A DNA stretch of 56,286 nucleotides, filler included, from Sphacelaria rigidula (taxonomy: Eukaryota), in the NCBI GenBank assembly GCA_964200075.2. It is 3 parts of 3 records of this genome, joined end to end, with 100 filler letters (N's around TTAATTAATTAA, not from the genome) between each part and the next. Parts side by side here need not be neighbours in the genome. Positions count along the whole stretch, not along the records: positions 1 to 18,696 come from CAXNAA020000811.1; positions 18,797 to 37,492 come from CAXNAA020000812.1; 1 more part is not named here. One strand, 5' to 3'. Position numbers and translations under genes: made by a program. This document shows, piece after piece, positions 10,224 through 22,039 of the stretch. Every line of letters begins with the position of its first letter. Positions within the stretch are counted from its first letter, which is position 1. The notes under the pieces are model-generated. The model saw nothing but the letters and a program-made list of their open reading frames with translations. It did not search any database and was not told where the DNA came from.

Positions 10224-13200
10224 CTGCGATCGTGTACGTTTTCGGAATTGTTCGGTTTGTGTCTGGGTTGTGCGGGGAAAGAGGCACACAATCTTGTCAG
10301 CAATCATCGCTGTTGATTTGAGTTGTCAATCTCACCAGACACCTAAACGAGCAGAGGATTTCTGAATAAACGTTGGCAGACGTGTTCTTTGCACTGCGAC
10401 CGAGAGTACCCGCTCCGGATTTGATCACGAGGGGCCTGACAGGCGCGGAGCGATATGTGGTGGATGTACACATAGTGCACGTACGCTGCACACCCTGGAC
10501 AGTAGATTCTTTTGTAAAAACATATACTGCGTACAGTATGGAATCTGTTGCCTGCTGCAATAGGCGCAATAGTCAACACTGTACGCAGTACACGTTTTGA
10601 CCGTGTATTTTGTTGTCCAGGGTATGGTACACTGTTCAAATCGAGGTCTTGGTAGCTGTTGACGAGAGGGAACAAAACGACGCGCCATCGTAGAACGGGA
10701 AAAAAAAAAAAAAACGTACACCGGCAAGACTACGCTACAGTGCAACGCAGTGCTGACGACCACTACGTTGTCATGCCCACAGTACACACCTCTGGGTCTA
10801 GCATAACCTCCTCCTCGGGAGGTTCGTACCCAAGCTTGTACACCACAACATGCCTGGTCCGGGAAATATGAAAAGCATGGGCAAGCAGAGCAAACGTCAG
10901 ATGATGGTGGTAGGGGTGGGAATGGGGGTGACAATGAGAGTTTTCATATGTTGCACCCACAACAACAACAACAACAACAGCAGCACCAGCACCAGAACCA
11001 GCACCAGAACCAGCGTATCCTCGAACTTGGCGAGTGGTGTTGGAGGTCGCGTCGGAGGTGGTAGTCGTTACAACTTCTCCATCTATTTACCAATCTCGCA
11101 CCGGAAAAACCGACAACAAAAGCACGACGGAGATCATACGATACCATTGTCTGCATCTCTGCAAAATATGAAACATGAGTACTCCGATCAACGCATGCAA
11201 GCCGTTTCTTTGCCCTTTAGCAAAAATATTCCGCACCTGTCGTCCACTTCTCCCTCGGTGCGGCTCGTAATTCCGTCTATATCTTCGGCGAGTCCGTGTC
11301 TGCGACGGCACGCAGGGGCAGAAAAGTGAAGAAGTGCAGTCGTCACAGCCAAAGGAAGGGCAATATCACTCATGACTCGATGGTGAGGTATGCTAAGCAT
11401 GGAGGTTTATGGTACACACACACGAGCGCGGTACATGAGGAGGGGGGGGGGGGGTAATGTGGACCCTCATTCTTCTCAGCTACCTGCTACCTGCCCCTCA
11501 TGCTGTAAAGGGACCTCCGATCACGTACGTCCTTGTCGAAGCCGCGCCTACGAATTCTTGCAAAAAACAGAAGGGCATCATGGTAATGTCAACCTTTGTC
11601 ATGAACAAAACATCAACAATTACGACAATAGGAGCACTCGTTGCCTTGCGCAACAAAAACTTCCAGCACGGATTCCAATACTGTACCCTCTGATACTTTT
11701 CCTTTTCTCAACACTACCGGATACTAACAGATTACAACCCGCCGCACCGCCAACCCCCCTCCCTCCCAAAAAAAACAAGACCATACAAAAAAAAACTCAC
11801 TGTATGGATCGAAGAGACTTCTCGACATGCGGGAAGGTGTGGGAGATTACCGAGGGATCTGTGTCAGTCGCAAACGTCTCCAGCTTCTCCCGCACTTCTA
11901 CCTTGAAACGATCCACCTTTTGCCTGACTGCCTGTTCCTGAGCCCGACTTACACGGTCCACTGCGAACAGAGGCGGCAGGTGGCAGGGGTGGCGGGGCAA
12001 TCGGGCTTACGTCTTGTGCGTGCCCTGGCTCTCAGTCCATCGACCTCGCGCCCTCGCAAGGATGGAGCGCGCGAGGTGCAAGAAGCGACCAGCGAGCGCG
12101 TCGCACAGCACATACGCACACACACACAAGACCGCGTGTGTTTGTCGATGGGAAAAATGTTGACTTTTTCCCAGACGAACAACATGCAGACAGGTAAACG
12201 GCGAGAACACAAGACAAAACAAGCGAAAGTATCGCCGGTCCTGTTCTTCTGGCTCACACAAAGGGGGCCCCGGATGTTCTTCCCAGGCATTGTAAAATGA
12301 ATAATCCAAAAGTTGAAGACTTTTCGCGAGAGTTCAAGCTCATGTTCGATGATTGGTTGCTGGTCACATTGATTTTCTTACGGCGTAAATCATTGAAAAA
12401 ATGAAAGTAACTAGATATATACGGTTGTCAAACTTCAAATATGGTGTTTACTCAACCGACATTTTTTCACAGACGATTTGTCACCTTCACTCGAGAGTTT
12501 TGAGAGTCGACAGGCGTTGGAGAAAATAGGAAGTCGTGCTCAGGACGCATTTCCCCACCTTGTTTAGTAGGAGCGATGCGGAGTAGAACCCTGTTCATTG
12601 AAGGGTGTTATTGACTGTATGCCCCAAAAACACGGTTTTTCGGATATGGCGCAATATATGTCGAGCAAACAGGAAAACTGAAGCCGTTGAATTGTTCACT
12701 GTACCGATCCGGACCAGTTCGGTCGAGCGAAGATATCAAATAGCGAGAACCGGGGCTATACGCTCGTAGGGCCCTGAAGACCGGTGAGCCCGTATCTCGT
12801 TCAATATTGGTAAAAAAAAAAATCTCGAAATGTGTCGCGTACTGGTGTTTCTCGATCCCCAAAGCTTTGGATTAGACAGAAACCATGATGAGTCGTAGAA
12901 AAAAAAAAATGAAAAAAATTGTCTTCTCTCCACAACAGCGAAGTGTAAAGTCGGAGGGTGAAAAAAAAGCATACTCTGTGGCTTCAGGGACAAAAAAAGG
13001 TAGCGCACGGTTCGGTTCGGGGCGCGGCGCTACATGCGGAATAGGCTCTACCAAAACACGTCCCAGCGCCTCAGCCCCACGCCCAACGTTTTTGGGCAGC
13101 ATGCCCAACCTTTTTTTCACACACGACAACAGGCTTAACCAGAGCGCGGAAAGGAGACCCTGTTAGAGTACCCTATGTTGTCAACGAACCAGCCGGCTAT

Positions 13201-16200
13201 ACCCGACTCTCAGCAAAAATGTTATATCGTACCCCCTTTTCGTCCATGTAGGTACCCTTCAATGTTTTTCACGTACACCTGCGTGCCCGTTCTTGTTCAA
13301 TGATGACATGCGTGCGGGCGGGCGACGGCGAGGCTTTTCACATTTGTTTGGATCTTTGTCATATCTCGCAGATTAGCTCTCGCGCCCTGCAGACACCGTC
13401 GGATGTTTTGGGACTGCGGGGCAACCAGCAGCAGATCCCGATTTCTTGGTCGTTGGGCTTCTCGCGCTTTTCGGCAGGGTGTATTGGGCAAAAAAAAGTG
13501 TATTTGGGTGTACACTTCGAAGCCCGCAGCAGGGTCACCGTTAAACATAAAAAGGGCATTTAGGTGTATGTCGGAAAACATCAAGGGTAAGCACGTGAAA
13601 ATACGACCATCAATCAATCAATCAAAAACGAATCAAACGTAAACAAAAAAGGGTATGGTAAGACTTTTTTGCTGATAGTCGGGTATACCCGGCTGGTTCC
13701 TTGACAACATGGGGTGCTCAAACAAGGTTTCCTTTTCCACGCCCTGGTTGAGACCTTTGCCGTGTGTAAAAAAAAATTGGGCATGCTGCCCAAGCAGGTT
13801 GGGTGCCCATTCCGCACGGCAAAACATGTTCCAGCGCCGGGCTGAGGCGCTGGAACATGTTTTGGAGGTGCCCATTCCGCACGGCAAAACATGTTCCAGC
13901 GCCGGGCTGAGGCGCTGGAACATGTTTTGGAGGTGCCCATTCCGCACGCAGCGCCGCGGCCCGAAGCGAAAAGTATGCTACCGTTTTTTGTTACTGGAAA
14001 CCAGAGGGTGCACCCCTTTTTGTCTACCCCCTTGAAAGTTTGACTACTACATGCAAATATCGTAAATGCGTGGATGTACATAGAGGTGAGCTTGCGAGCA
14101 CTCCGATATTGTGGCCGTGATCATAGTGATTTCTGGTGTAAGCACCTTGCTTCAAGGGTGCCAATGCCACTGCATGAGTCGTTTCGACACAGCCGTGAGG
14201 ACATGGGCTCCTTCAATGTTGGAAAAAAACACAGCGCTCCCGCGGCGTGGGCACTGTAACACCATGCCCCTTAGCACCGTCCACAAGCGGTATTATTATT
14301 ACACGCGACTGCAGAACAGCATGACCATCGTCCCGTCGCTGGGGACATCAAATGCAACCCATCTGCCGCTTCGCCATCATTGGACACAACGCCACAACAC
14401 AGCGATCTCTGCACCCCACCCCCCTCGCTCCCCCGACGAAGAATAAAAAAACGCCTCAAAAACTTCGGGGCGAAGGGGGAATGGGGGGGGACTACTACCC
14501 GCGGCGAAGCATTGCCAACTCTTTCCGTCTCTCTCCTACCTGCTGCAGTGTCCGCCACACTGTTGTGCGTCTGGTTCAAGGTGCCCATCAACGACCCCAA
14601 AAACCCTCCGATCCCTGGGCCACCGCCACCCCCAGTGCCTCCTCCGCCCGCGCCGCCCGCATCACGGACTGAGGCTGGACTCTGTGTCTTTCGGGGCGGT
14701 GGCGCCTGAGATTTTTGGAATGGATAAAATAAACATTACAAGGGTAGGTCGAGTAGAGTATGTACTTTTGAATACTCAGTAAAAATACTCGAGTATTTAC
14801 TCGACTCAAATATTGGGTAGATTAGGTACGGCCTCAAATACTCTACTCAAACTTTGGGTAGATTGAGTGCGACCTCAAATACTCTACTCAAATATCGGGT
14901 AAGTACTCTCAGTAATGCTGGAGTATAGAGCATCACTTAGGTATGACCTCAACACTATACTCAGATATTGAGTAGATTGAGTATGAGACCCACTTTTATG
15001 GCAACGAATCTCGATTTTTCGGGGACAATTTTGAAAAAATCGGGGGGACTCAAATTCGTCGACTCAAAATCGAGGGGACCGTTTTATGGTACGGACAGTA
15101 CAGTATCACAAATTTGTGAAACGGTTCTGTACACACACGGTCATTTTCTGCATGAGTGTGATATTGCGTACTCGTGCATAAAGCCGAAGAGCAGGCAGGC
15201 GGTAAACAATCCTTCGAGTACAGTATCGCACCTTGGTACCCTAGGGTAATACAGTGCAGGACACTACATCAGTACTCTGTATGGTAATGCCGTGTGGTGG
15301 TACGTGATGGCGCAGCCGGTATTGCGAGAACAGAGAACAAACAATGCGCGAGCAAAGCTCAGTAGTGCAGTGCCGTACATCACCCCTCAAGTACAGCGAC
15401 AACAGCTAGGAGAGTACAGCACCGTTCGCTATAGTGATACATATGGCAGCGCAGTGCAGCACAAAATATTACCATCGCCACAGGGTACGGCGTCAGGACT
15501 TATTCTCCGCTTGTCAAACCCCGTGCGAAGTTGCTTCAGCAGCTGGGGCGGGCAGTAGGCACGCCCTGTGCTGTCACGAGACTGTCTTCTGCTGCAGTTT
15601 CAAAAATATAAAATGTCTCGTACTTTAGTATTGTGCGTTAATGCACATACGTCACCTAAAAAAGTTCGGGGGGGAGTCACGATCTCGGAACGATTTCCCC
15701 CTATTTTTTCGAAAAAATCGGGGGAGACCGTTCCGAGATCGTGACTCCCCGGTTTTTTCGCCCCCGATTTGGTCCAAATTCGTCTCCATAAAATGCGTTC
15801 CCCGATTTTTTTCCCCCGATGCTCGAAAAAATCGAGATTCGTGCCTACCATGAAAGTGAGTCTGACCTCAAATATTCTGGTCAAATATTGGGTAGGCACT
15901 CTCAGCAATACTCAGGTATAGAGTATCACTTGGGTATGATAAGTGTCCGTGACCGTCGGCGACTTCGTGACGTCACTTCACAGACTATGTTGAATATGTT
16001 GGCGGACGATGGCAATAAAAAAGATGAGTGACGTTACGTCACGTGCTACAATGAGTATGAGGGAATGATGGCCATAAAAAAACAAAACAAGCGTGCAGGT
16101 GAATGAACCTACCTATCTCAGCTCACCTCCCCCCATCCATGGCAGTACATACTTCAAACCTCGCGACCTCTTCGACATCAGTTCCAGTACACGGCGCTAC

Positions 16201-17917
16201 TCATCATCATTGGGTAATCGAGTAGACGGGAAGTCGGGTAGGTGTTGTCAAAATGAGCGACTCTATGGGCCGCACATTTGACTCCTCCATGGGCGACCCA
16301 GCGGCAAAAACAGTGCAAGGGTAGGTCGAGTAGAGTATGTACTTCTGAATACTCAGGTGAAATGCCCGGGTATTCACTCTACTCAAATATTGGGTAGATT
16401 GGGTACGACCTTGAATGCTCTACTCGAATTCTGAGTAGATTGGGTACGACCTTAAATACTCCGCTCAAATTTTGTGTAGATTAAATACAACCTCAAATAC
16501 CCTACTCGAATTTTGGGTGAGTATTCTCAGTGATACTTGAGTATAGAGTATCACTTCGGTATGACCTCAATACTTTACTCAAATGTTTGGGTAAATTGAG
16601 TGTGACCTCAAACACTCTACTCATATATTGGGTAGATTGGGTATGACCTCAAATAATCTACGCAATCTTTGGGTGCTAAAAGTATGACTTTTCAGAAAAA
16701 CCGAGCATTGAGTATACTGTACTCGATCTACCCTCGGAAGATTACGCCTAACAATGTGATGCCTAGTAACGGCTAAGGCGTGGCTTCTCTGCGCAAATTT
16801 TCGATTTTATGTTATTTTTCGATCTTTTTTCTCGTCTTTCTGCTCGGGGAGTCAGAAACAATACTCCCTACCGTACGATGTACACACCTAGGAATCGTAT
16901 TTACCTGTCGAATTCCCATCACACCAATTAGAAGGAGCAATGGGCAGACGACACACGATCGGGTACACCTGAACACGGTCGGGCCAAAAAAAAAGGTTTG
17001 GGCTACTGTGTATGCGAACTCAAGTGCACACGTCATTCCTAGCAACGCTGCTAGGCTTTGATTTACATGTTCTGTAAACTCAAATGCACGAGCTCTTGCG
17101 TGTCATTACAGTTCGGTTCGGGTGCTGTGCTGACCCGATATTGCAGCCCGGACTGTTGGTGTGCAAACGCACACTGCGGTCTGTGCTTGGGGGTTTAGGT
17201 TCAGGTGGGGTAGCATGAATGACGGTAGTGAAATTTGCCCGATCATGCGAGACCCTGAACATGCACCGATTCTGCCACAAATGAGCGCAAATTTCGCCAA
17301 AAACTGAAAGATCGGCGTACAGACATAGATCTGGCAGAATCGAAGTCTGAATCAGAGAGAAAAAAGGTCTGAAAAAGGTACACCTGGGGCTTTTGTCGCC
17401 ACGATCAGATAATCGAACCAGATGATAGTTGGCTGGGGTGGCCAATCGGGCAAGAAAACACCAGGCGAAGCATGTACCGAAAGTTGAAGCCATCACATAC
17501 AATAGTTTTGACTCAAAGCAATGCCTAGGTGTACCTGGTTGTGTCATCAGCCCAAACAATCACGACGCACCTTAATCACAAACTTCCTTCACGTACGTGC
17601 GTCCCGCTGTGTACCTACGTGATCACGAAGTCCCACCTGGACTAGCGGCGTAGTTACCGGCAATCCCAGCCCCACCGGCTTCTTGCTGCCCGTTGCCTTC
17701 CCCGATGGTCGCAACAACACCACGATGTTCTCGCCTTTTGCACGGCACGACATGTCGGAGGACGGTAGCAGGAACAGCTTGCCCCCCGAGGCGTCGGCTA
17801 GATTCACGATGCCAGCCTTTCCTCTCCCGGTCAAGTATTCGCGGAAGGATCTGCCGAGCAGTGAGCAATAACCACGCAAGAGACGGGGGACCCCCAGAGC
17901 ATTTTTTTATTATCGTA

Positions 17918-17975
<58 letters not shown>

Positions 17976-18492
17976 TCAAAATTTTTCACGAAAGCAACCG
18001 GTAGGAACAGAAGAGAACAGCAAAAATGAGCACAAAAGCGTCGAATACAACCCTTCCTCGACAAAAAAAGTGCAAAAGCAGGAAAGGATCACGGGTAAAA
18101 ATAAAAATAATCGGCTGTACCACTGTACGCTGCTGTGGTGTTCTCGCGACGCCAATACCTCGGTGCCAACATTGGACACACAAGCTTTTGCCCGTGCCCG
18201 CACATAGCTTCAAGGTCGCGGAATGTGTACCTTTGCATCTGCGGCACTCACTGGCCGCCAGGTTTACTAATTGCATTTTTGAATGTCCGGCTGAAAATTT
18301 TCACACTCTCTTGCCCTCGCCCTGCTTATCCTGTGACCGGTTTGTCTGACAAAAGACGCCAACAGTGTCTGCGCTCACTTAAGCTTGCCGTGGTCCTTGA
18401 CAGAAACCATTGTAAGGGCTCCCGCAGCCCCCGCTCTCGCGCCCAACACGTCGGGGTCTCTGGTGTAGTCCATGACCACGCATCTCGAAGGT
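9936..18492 (-). CDS. SPAG7: SPOC-like domain + R3H (SPAG7-like) protein; 7 exons, 5' end beyond the contig edge
   Basis: Exons 18492-18379, 17850-17637, 14705-14540, 11960-11801, 11299-11237, 10853-10790, 10223-9936, all GT-AG and phase-compatible (2,0,1,2,2,0). Product has the SPOC-like SFREYLTGRGKAGIVNL...KLFLLP, then SPAG7-like GFLGSLMGTL, R3H motif RSIQH, EGEVDDRHVVVYK and RDRRTVQDIEEEARQSKRR. Confidence 0.85.
10491..10624. mobile_element. Palindromic MITE family A copy (intronic)
   Basis: ACCCTGGAC...GTCCAGGGT termini with internal TACTGCGTACAGT / ACTGTACGCAGTA arms. Confidence 0.75.
10790..10853 (-). CDS. Exon of the SPOC-R3H gene (end of R3H)
   Basis: accag|G CAT GTT...CCA GAG|GTGTGT; encodes HVVVYKLGYEPPEEEVMLDPE. 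Confidence 0.85.
11237..11299 (-). CDS. Exon of the SPOC-R3H gene (R3H core)
   Basis: cgcag|A CAC GGA...GAC AG|GTGCGG; encodes HGLAEDIDGITSRTEGEVDD. Confidence 0.85.
11801..11960 (-). CDS. Exon of the SPOC-R3H gene (start of R3H)
   Basis: ttcgcag|TG GAC...ATA CA|GTGAGT; encodes DRVSRAQEQAVRQKVDRFKVEVREKLETF...EKSLRSI. Confidence 0.85.
12955..14025. mobile_element. Long inverted-repeat (foldback/MITE-like) element in an intron
   Basis: Arms ~12955-13250 and ~13635-14025 are diverged reverse complements; the spacer ends in (CAAT)n; related fragments at 47960-48195 and 49930-50000. Confidence 0.75.
13802..13948. repeat. 65-bp tandem repeat (~2.3 copies), each unit a hairpin
   Basis: GGTGCCCATTCCGCACG starts at 13802, 13867 and 13932; unit contains CAAAACATGTTCCAGCGCC-7nt-GGCGCTGGAACATGTTTTG. 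Confidence 0.9.
14540..14705 (-). CDS. Linker exon of the SPOC-R3H gene carrying the SPAG7-like N-terminal motif
   Basis: ctcag|GCG CCA...GCA G|GTAGGA; encodes APPPRK...GGFLGSLMGTLNQTHNSVADTAA; phase 0 in, phase 1 out. Confidence 0.8.
14739..15940 (+). mobile_element. Minisatellite-bearing MITE (39-bp units), interrupted and 3'-truncated copy
   Basis: Starts CAAGGGTAGGTCGAGTAGAGTATG like the copy at 16316; split by the 14987-15862 insertion. Confidence 0.75.
14987..15862. mobile_element. Non-autonomous TIR element with 3-bp TGA TSD (PIF/Harbinger-like)
   Basis: TGA|GACCCACTTTTATGG..ACGAATCTCGATTTTT ... AAAAATCGAGATTCGT..CCATGAAAGTGAGTC|TGA; removing it restores the host unit GAGTATGACCTCAAATA. 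Confidence 0.75.
16316..16736 (+). mobile_element. Complete minisatellite-bearing MITE
   Basis: TIRs CAAGGGTAGGTCGAGTAGAGTAT / ATACTGTACTCGATCTACCCTCG around degenerate 39-bp tandem units (ACTCTACTCAAATATTGGGTAGATTGGGTATGACCTCAAAT-like). Confidence 0.8.
17637..17850 (-). CDS. Exon of the SPOC-R3H gene (SPOC-like core)
   Basis: cggcag|A TCC TTC CGC GAA TAC...GTC CAG|GTGGGA; encodes SFREYLTGRGKAGIVNLADASGGKLFLLP. Confidence 0.8.
17922..17975. repeat. (TG)n(AG)n microsatellite
   Basis: Direct reading. Confidence 0.9.
18379..18492 (-). CDS. Most upstream visible exon of the SPOC-R3H gene
   Basis: gagcag|A CCT TCG...CTT AA|GTGAGC; the phase-2 end joins the next exon to give KDHGKLKSFREYL. Confidence 0.7.
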   Translation of the reverse strand, partial: TFEMRGHGLHQRPRRVGRESGGCGSPYNGFCQGPRQA

Positions 18493-18696
18493 CTGCTCTC
18501 GCAAACCCGACGCGAAGCCCAGGACGCACGACGGCGCGTTTTGGTGGGTGACAGCGGACAGCACAAGCAAACAAGGGCGTGGGAGCGCAGCGCGGAAACG
18601 GGTTGGCCGGGGTGATAATTGTTCACGGTTAGGACGAATCATCACGGGTTCGTATCACCAAATCCATGATTTCTTCGGCCTGATTGCCCAAAAGGG

Positions 18697-18796
18697 NNNN
18701 NNNNNNNNNNNNNNNNNNNNNNNNNNNNNNNNNNNNNNNNTTAATTAATTAANNNNNNNNNNNNNNNNNNNNNNNNNNNNNNNNNNNNNNNNNNNN
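18697..18796. other. Artificial contig linker
   Basis: N44-TTAATTAATTAA-N44, with stop codons in all frames. Confidence 0.97.
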
Positions 18797-21700
18797 ATTG
18801 CAATAGACAAAAGATTCTATACTGTACGCAGTACATTTTTCGACCGTGTATTCCATTGTCCAGGGTATGAAATATTTATCATCAGCAATATCTACTCAAC
18901 AGGACACTCGCCGCGAGTGTCAAGATGTTGTTGAATTTTTCGTTGCATACTAAAAGAATACACGAGCCGCGATGCCGCGATGCTTCAGTCAGTGGTACGC
19001 AGTTCTCTATTTTTCTTCGTCGTAGGATATTCCGTCATAATTGTTTTGATGAAATGGACACCTTCTTGCTCACTTCTTGTATTGTTGTTACATCGACCAG
19101 TCTTATTTTTTCCGTCGCGGGTCTGAACAAGGGAGACGGAATGCTGCCTGCCAGGGCAGAAAAACCAGATACCGTACAGGTATGTTGTCGTAATTCTCCG
19201 ACGCAATGGATACTCCTGGCGTCATGGTGACTGCACATGACGTACATCAATACGTGGTGAGTCGGGTGTAACACCCGTGATTGGGGAGGTGCTGGGTAGC
19301 GGATTGCGCGCTGGATGTACTAGCTGTTTTGTGATTTGGGCTGCTGTTGTGATTCTTTCGTGTCCGACCGGAAGGTCATGTGATGGAAGCTTGGCCCGAT
19401 CAATGGAGAATTTATTTTAGTGGCACGGTAGTAGTACTACTGTCCTGTGAAGTGCTACTGTCAGTGGTCAATGGTTTGATTTGGCTGCTGGTTGGATCGT
19501 TTGCCATTGGGGTAGCTCGCATCACGTTTCATTCACCATCGGTCTCGTTGGATCCACCAGATGTCAAGGCTTGCAGCGAGCTGAAGTGCATGGTCGGCTG
19601 CTATACCGTGCAGACACATGATATTTGCCCATAACTCAACCAAAGCACAGGCGCGATCTTGACATCTCCCACCCCATGAGCACCGAGCATCCGAGCATCC
19701 AAGAACCACCGTTGCCAGATCACGCCGCTGAATTATCGATGAACCGTCAAGAAACAACGTTATATGAAAGAGGGTCACCTGCGAAAGGGAGTTGGGTGGG
19801 TGTGATTTACGCTGAAAGTGCGCAATCGCTTGAACTCGATGGGCGCAAGACCCCATGCTGTGCGCGCCCCTTGCGAGTGCTAGAGACTGCCAACTTCGCA
19901 AGAAATCCGATTACATCTCAGAGCTGAGTGTGTTGCTATTTTGTCTAAGCCACGAGTACAGAATACCAAATGCCATGCCAAAATACTAATATACTGGATG
20001 TAGCTCCTCACGAGGGAAAATATACGACGATCGATAGTGAACTCTGCTGAAAGGCTTTACCGCACGGAGACTGAATATGGAGAAAACGGTCGCGTTTGTG
20101 CGTGGAGAAATCGACACCCCAGCGTGTGTGGTCGCACCTGTACAGACCTTGTCTTATCGAGTCAAGAAGAGTAGAGCGAGAGATGAAACAAGCGTCCGAA
20201 AGCAGCACTTTGATCGGTCACCGGAAGGGTCTATGGTTGCGGACACTCCCAATAGTCGACATGTTGTGTCTAGACGCTTTTTGCGTATCTCGTTTCAACT
20301 GATTTTAGTCGATGAGGCCCTTCCCATCTCATATTTCGATTGAAAAAAAGTGCGGTGAAAAACAAAATTTTCGATCTGGTGGGCGGCGATTTCAACGTAA
20401 ATGACGATTGTTGAAATTTCGACCTATCAGATGGGATTTTTTCTCTTCCACCGCACATTCCCCATCGAAAAATGATGTCCTAATCGTGAGACAAACCGTG
20501 ATACGGGATCTTATATTTCACAACCCCTCGCCACTTCGTGAAGGATGCCTTTCCCTCCTTGTCAAACTTGTCCATAAACTTCGAACTCCTCCGGAGCCGA
20601 CACTCGATGGTTGAACACAGACCTGGATCTATCACTTCAATTCATTTGATCATGAACTCAGCTGGGCCTAGGGTCTCACGCTCCCGCCCAGCATTCTTTC
20701 AGCGTGTGCAGCATGCGTTCTCGTGAGGCACCGGTTTGATGCCAAAAGGAAGCGTAGTTTTACCCCCAAAGTCCCTCTGAACTCTGAACCCTCCCTGCCT
20801 GAAGATCCCCGGTCTACCTTGGTGGGGCCTGGGTTGGTGGCATCAGCGTTAGGATTCGACAGAGTATAAATGAACCAAAGGGTTTTGGTGCTCAAAGCGT
20901 TTTGGTGCCCAACTGGAGTGAGTCCATGATTCCCACTTTCCCGTCCTGGCGGTCTATAGCAGGTATCGCCCTGACGCTCGAAAGGCACCATCTGACCGCC
21001 AGGGTAGGTTATTCTGGACTCACACTGCCTCCTTTGCCACTTTTATTATTATTATTATTCCGCTTGGAAAACGAAATCTGTTCAACAGATCGCGCATCAT
21101 GGCGATCACGGAGTTCATGCGTCCTTCTGGCGTCACGTGGCTCCGGGACCATTTTCTAAGTGACCATGCTACCAAGTCGAGTTAACGGATGATGACACTC
21201 CTATGGGTCAAATGTTTGATCGATACGATTCCGGTTGCATCGAGTCAAGGGACGCTCAACGGGAAGAGCGCACCAGTACAGTATTCGCGCGGCAAAGACG
21301 TCTGGGCAAAAAGGTACTACATACTGGAGCTTTGTATTTTGGCGCGCTCGCCCGTCAACCAGCGGTAAAGGTTCAACAAACTTTTCAAGTATATATCATC
21401 CATTTTTGTATTACTGGTAATCAGCGCATGCCATCGCCATATTGATCCCGCCCTCTTCCCGGCTTTGACCGAAAATAATCAACTTGGTTTGTTTCAAGGG
21501 CTTCGCGTAGATGAATGGAGTGAGCCCTCTTCAGTTGTCGCCTTCGCAACAATCGGGATTCGATACAGCGTATGGGTAGTACAGGGCCCATTTCAACAAG
21601 TTGAAAAAATGAAGCTAGGGGTGAAACACATATCCAAAGCACCATCTTCATTGGGCACAACTCCCACACAATGCATGGTGAAGAGATGGTATGTGGCATA

Positions 21701-22039
21701 TAACAAATTGCCGTGATGGATTCAATGCTCGACGAAATACCGTGATGAACTGGCGCCCAGTCACTCACATTTACTCCAGTTCCAAAATTTCAAACATATA
21801 TACTTTTACTGACGTCCCAGTTTTCCTCACGTGTTCCGTGCCGCTTACACAATTTCTTGAGGTGTCGAAGCGAAGTGGGTGATACATGATGGAGGTAAAT
21901 TTGAGTTCCGTGCTACCCCCTGGTTTCGACTGTGTGTCACGATAGTATGCCGTGCTATTATATCGGCGTATGGAAGCTTGATACAGCTGGTCGGACCAAG
22001 GCTCCCCTGCACGTTTGACTGCGAAGATATTGAGTACCT

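Noticed and set aside
14380-14709. Plus-strand Pro-rich exon-like ORF
   Set aside because: Antisense of the phase-consistent minus-strand exon 14705-14540
16316-16736. Regular 39-bp repeats resembling a CRISPR array
   Set aside because: Units are contiguous and degenerate with no unique spacers, are bounded by TIRs, and there are no cas genes in this eukaryotic context
18741-18752. TTAATTAATTAA as a biological motif or piggyBac site
   Set aside because: Identical in both gaps and centred in Ns, so it is a synthetic linker
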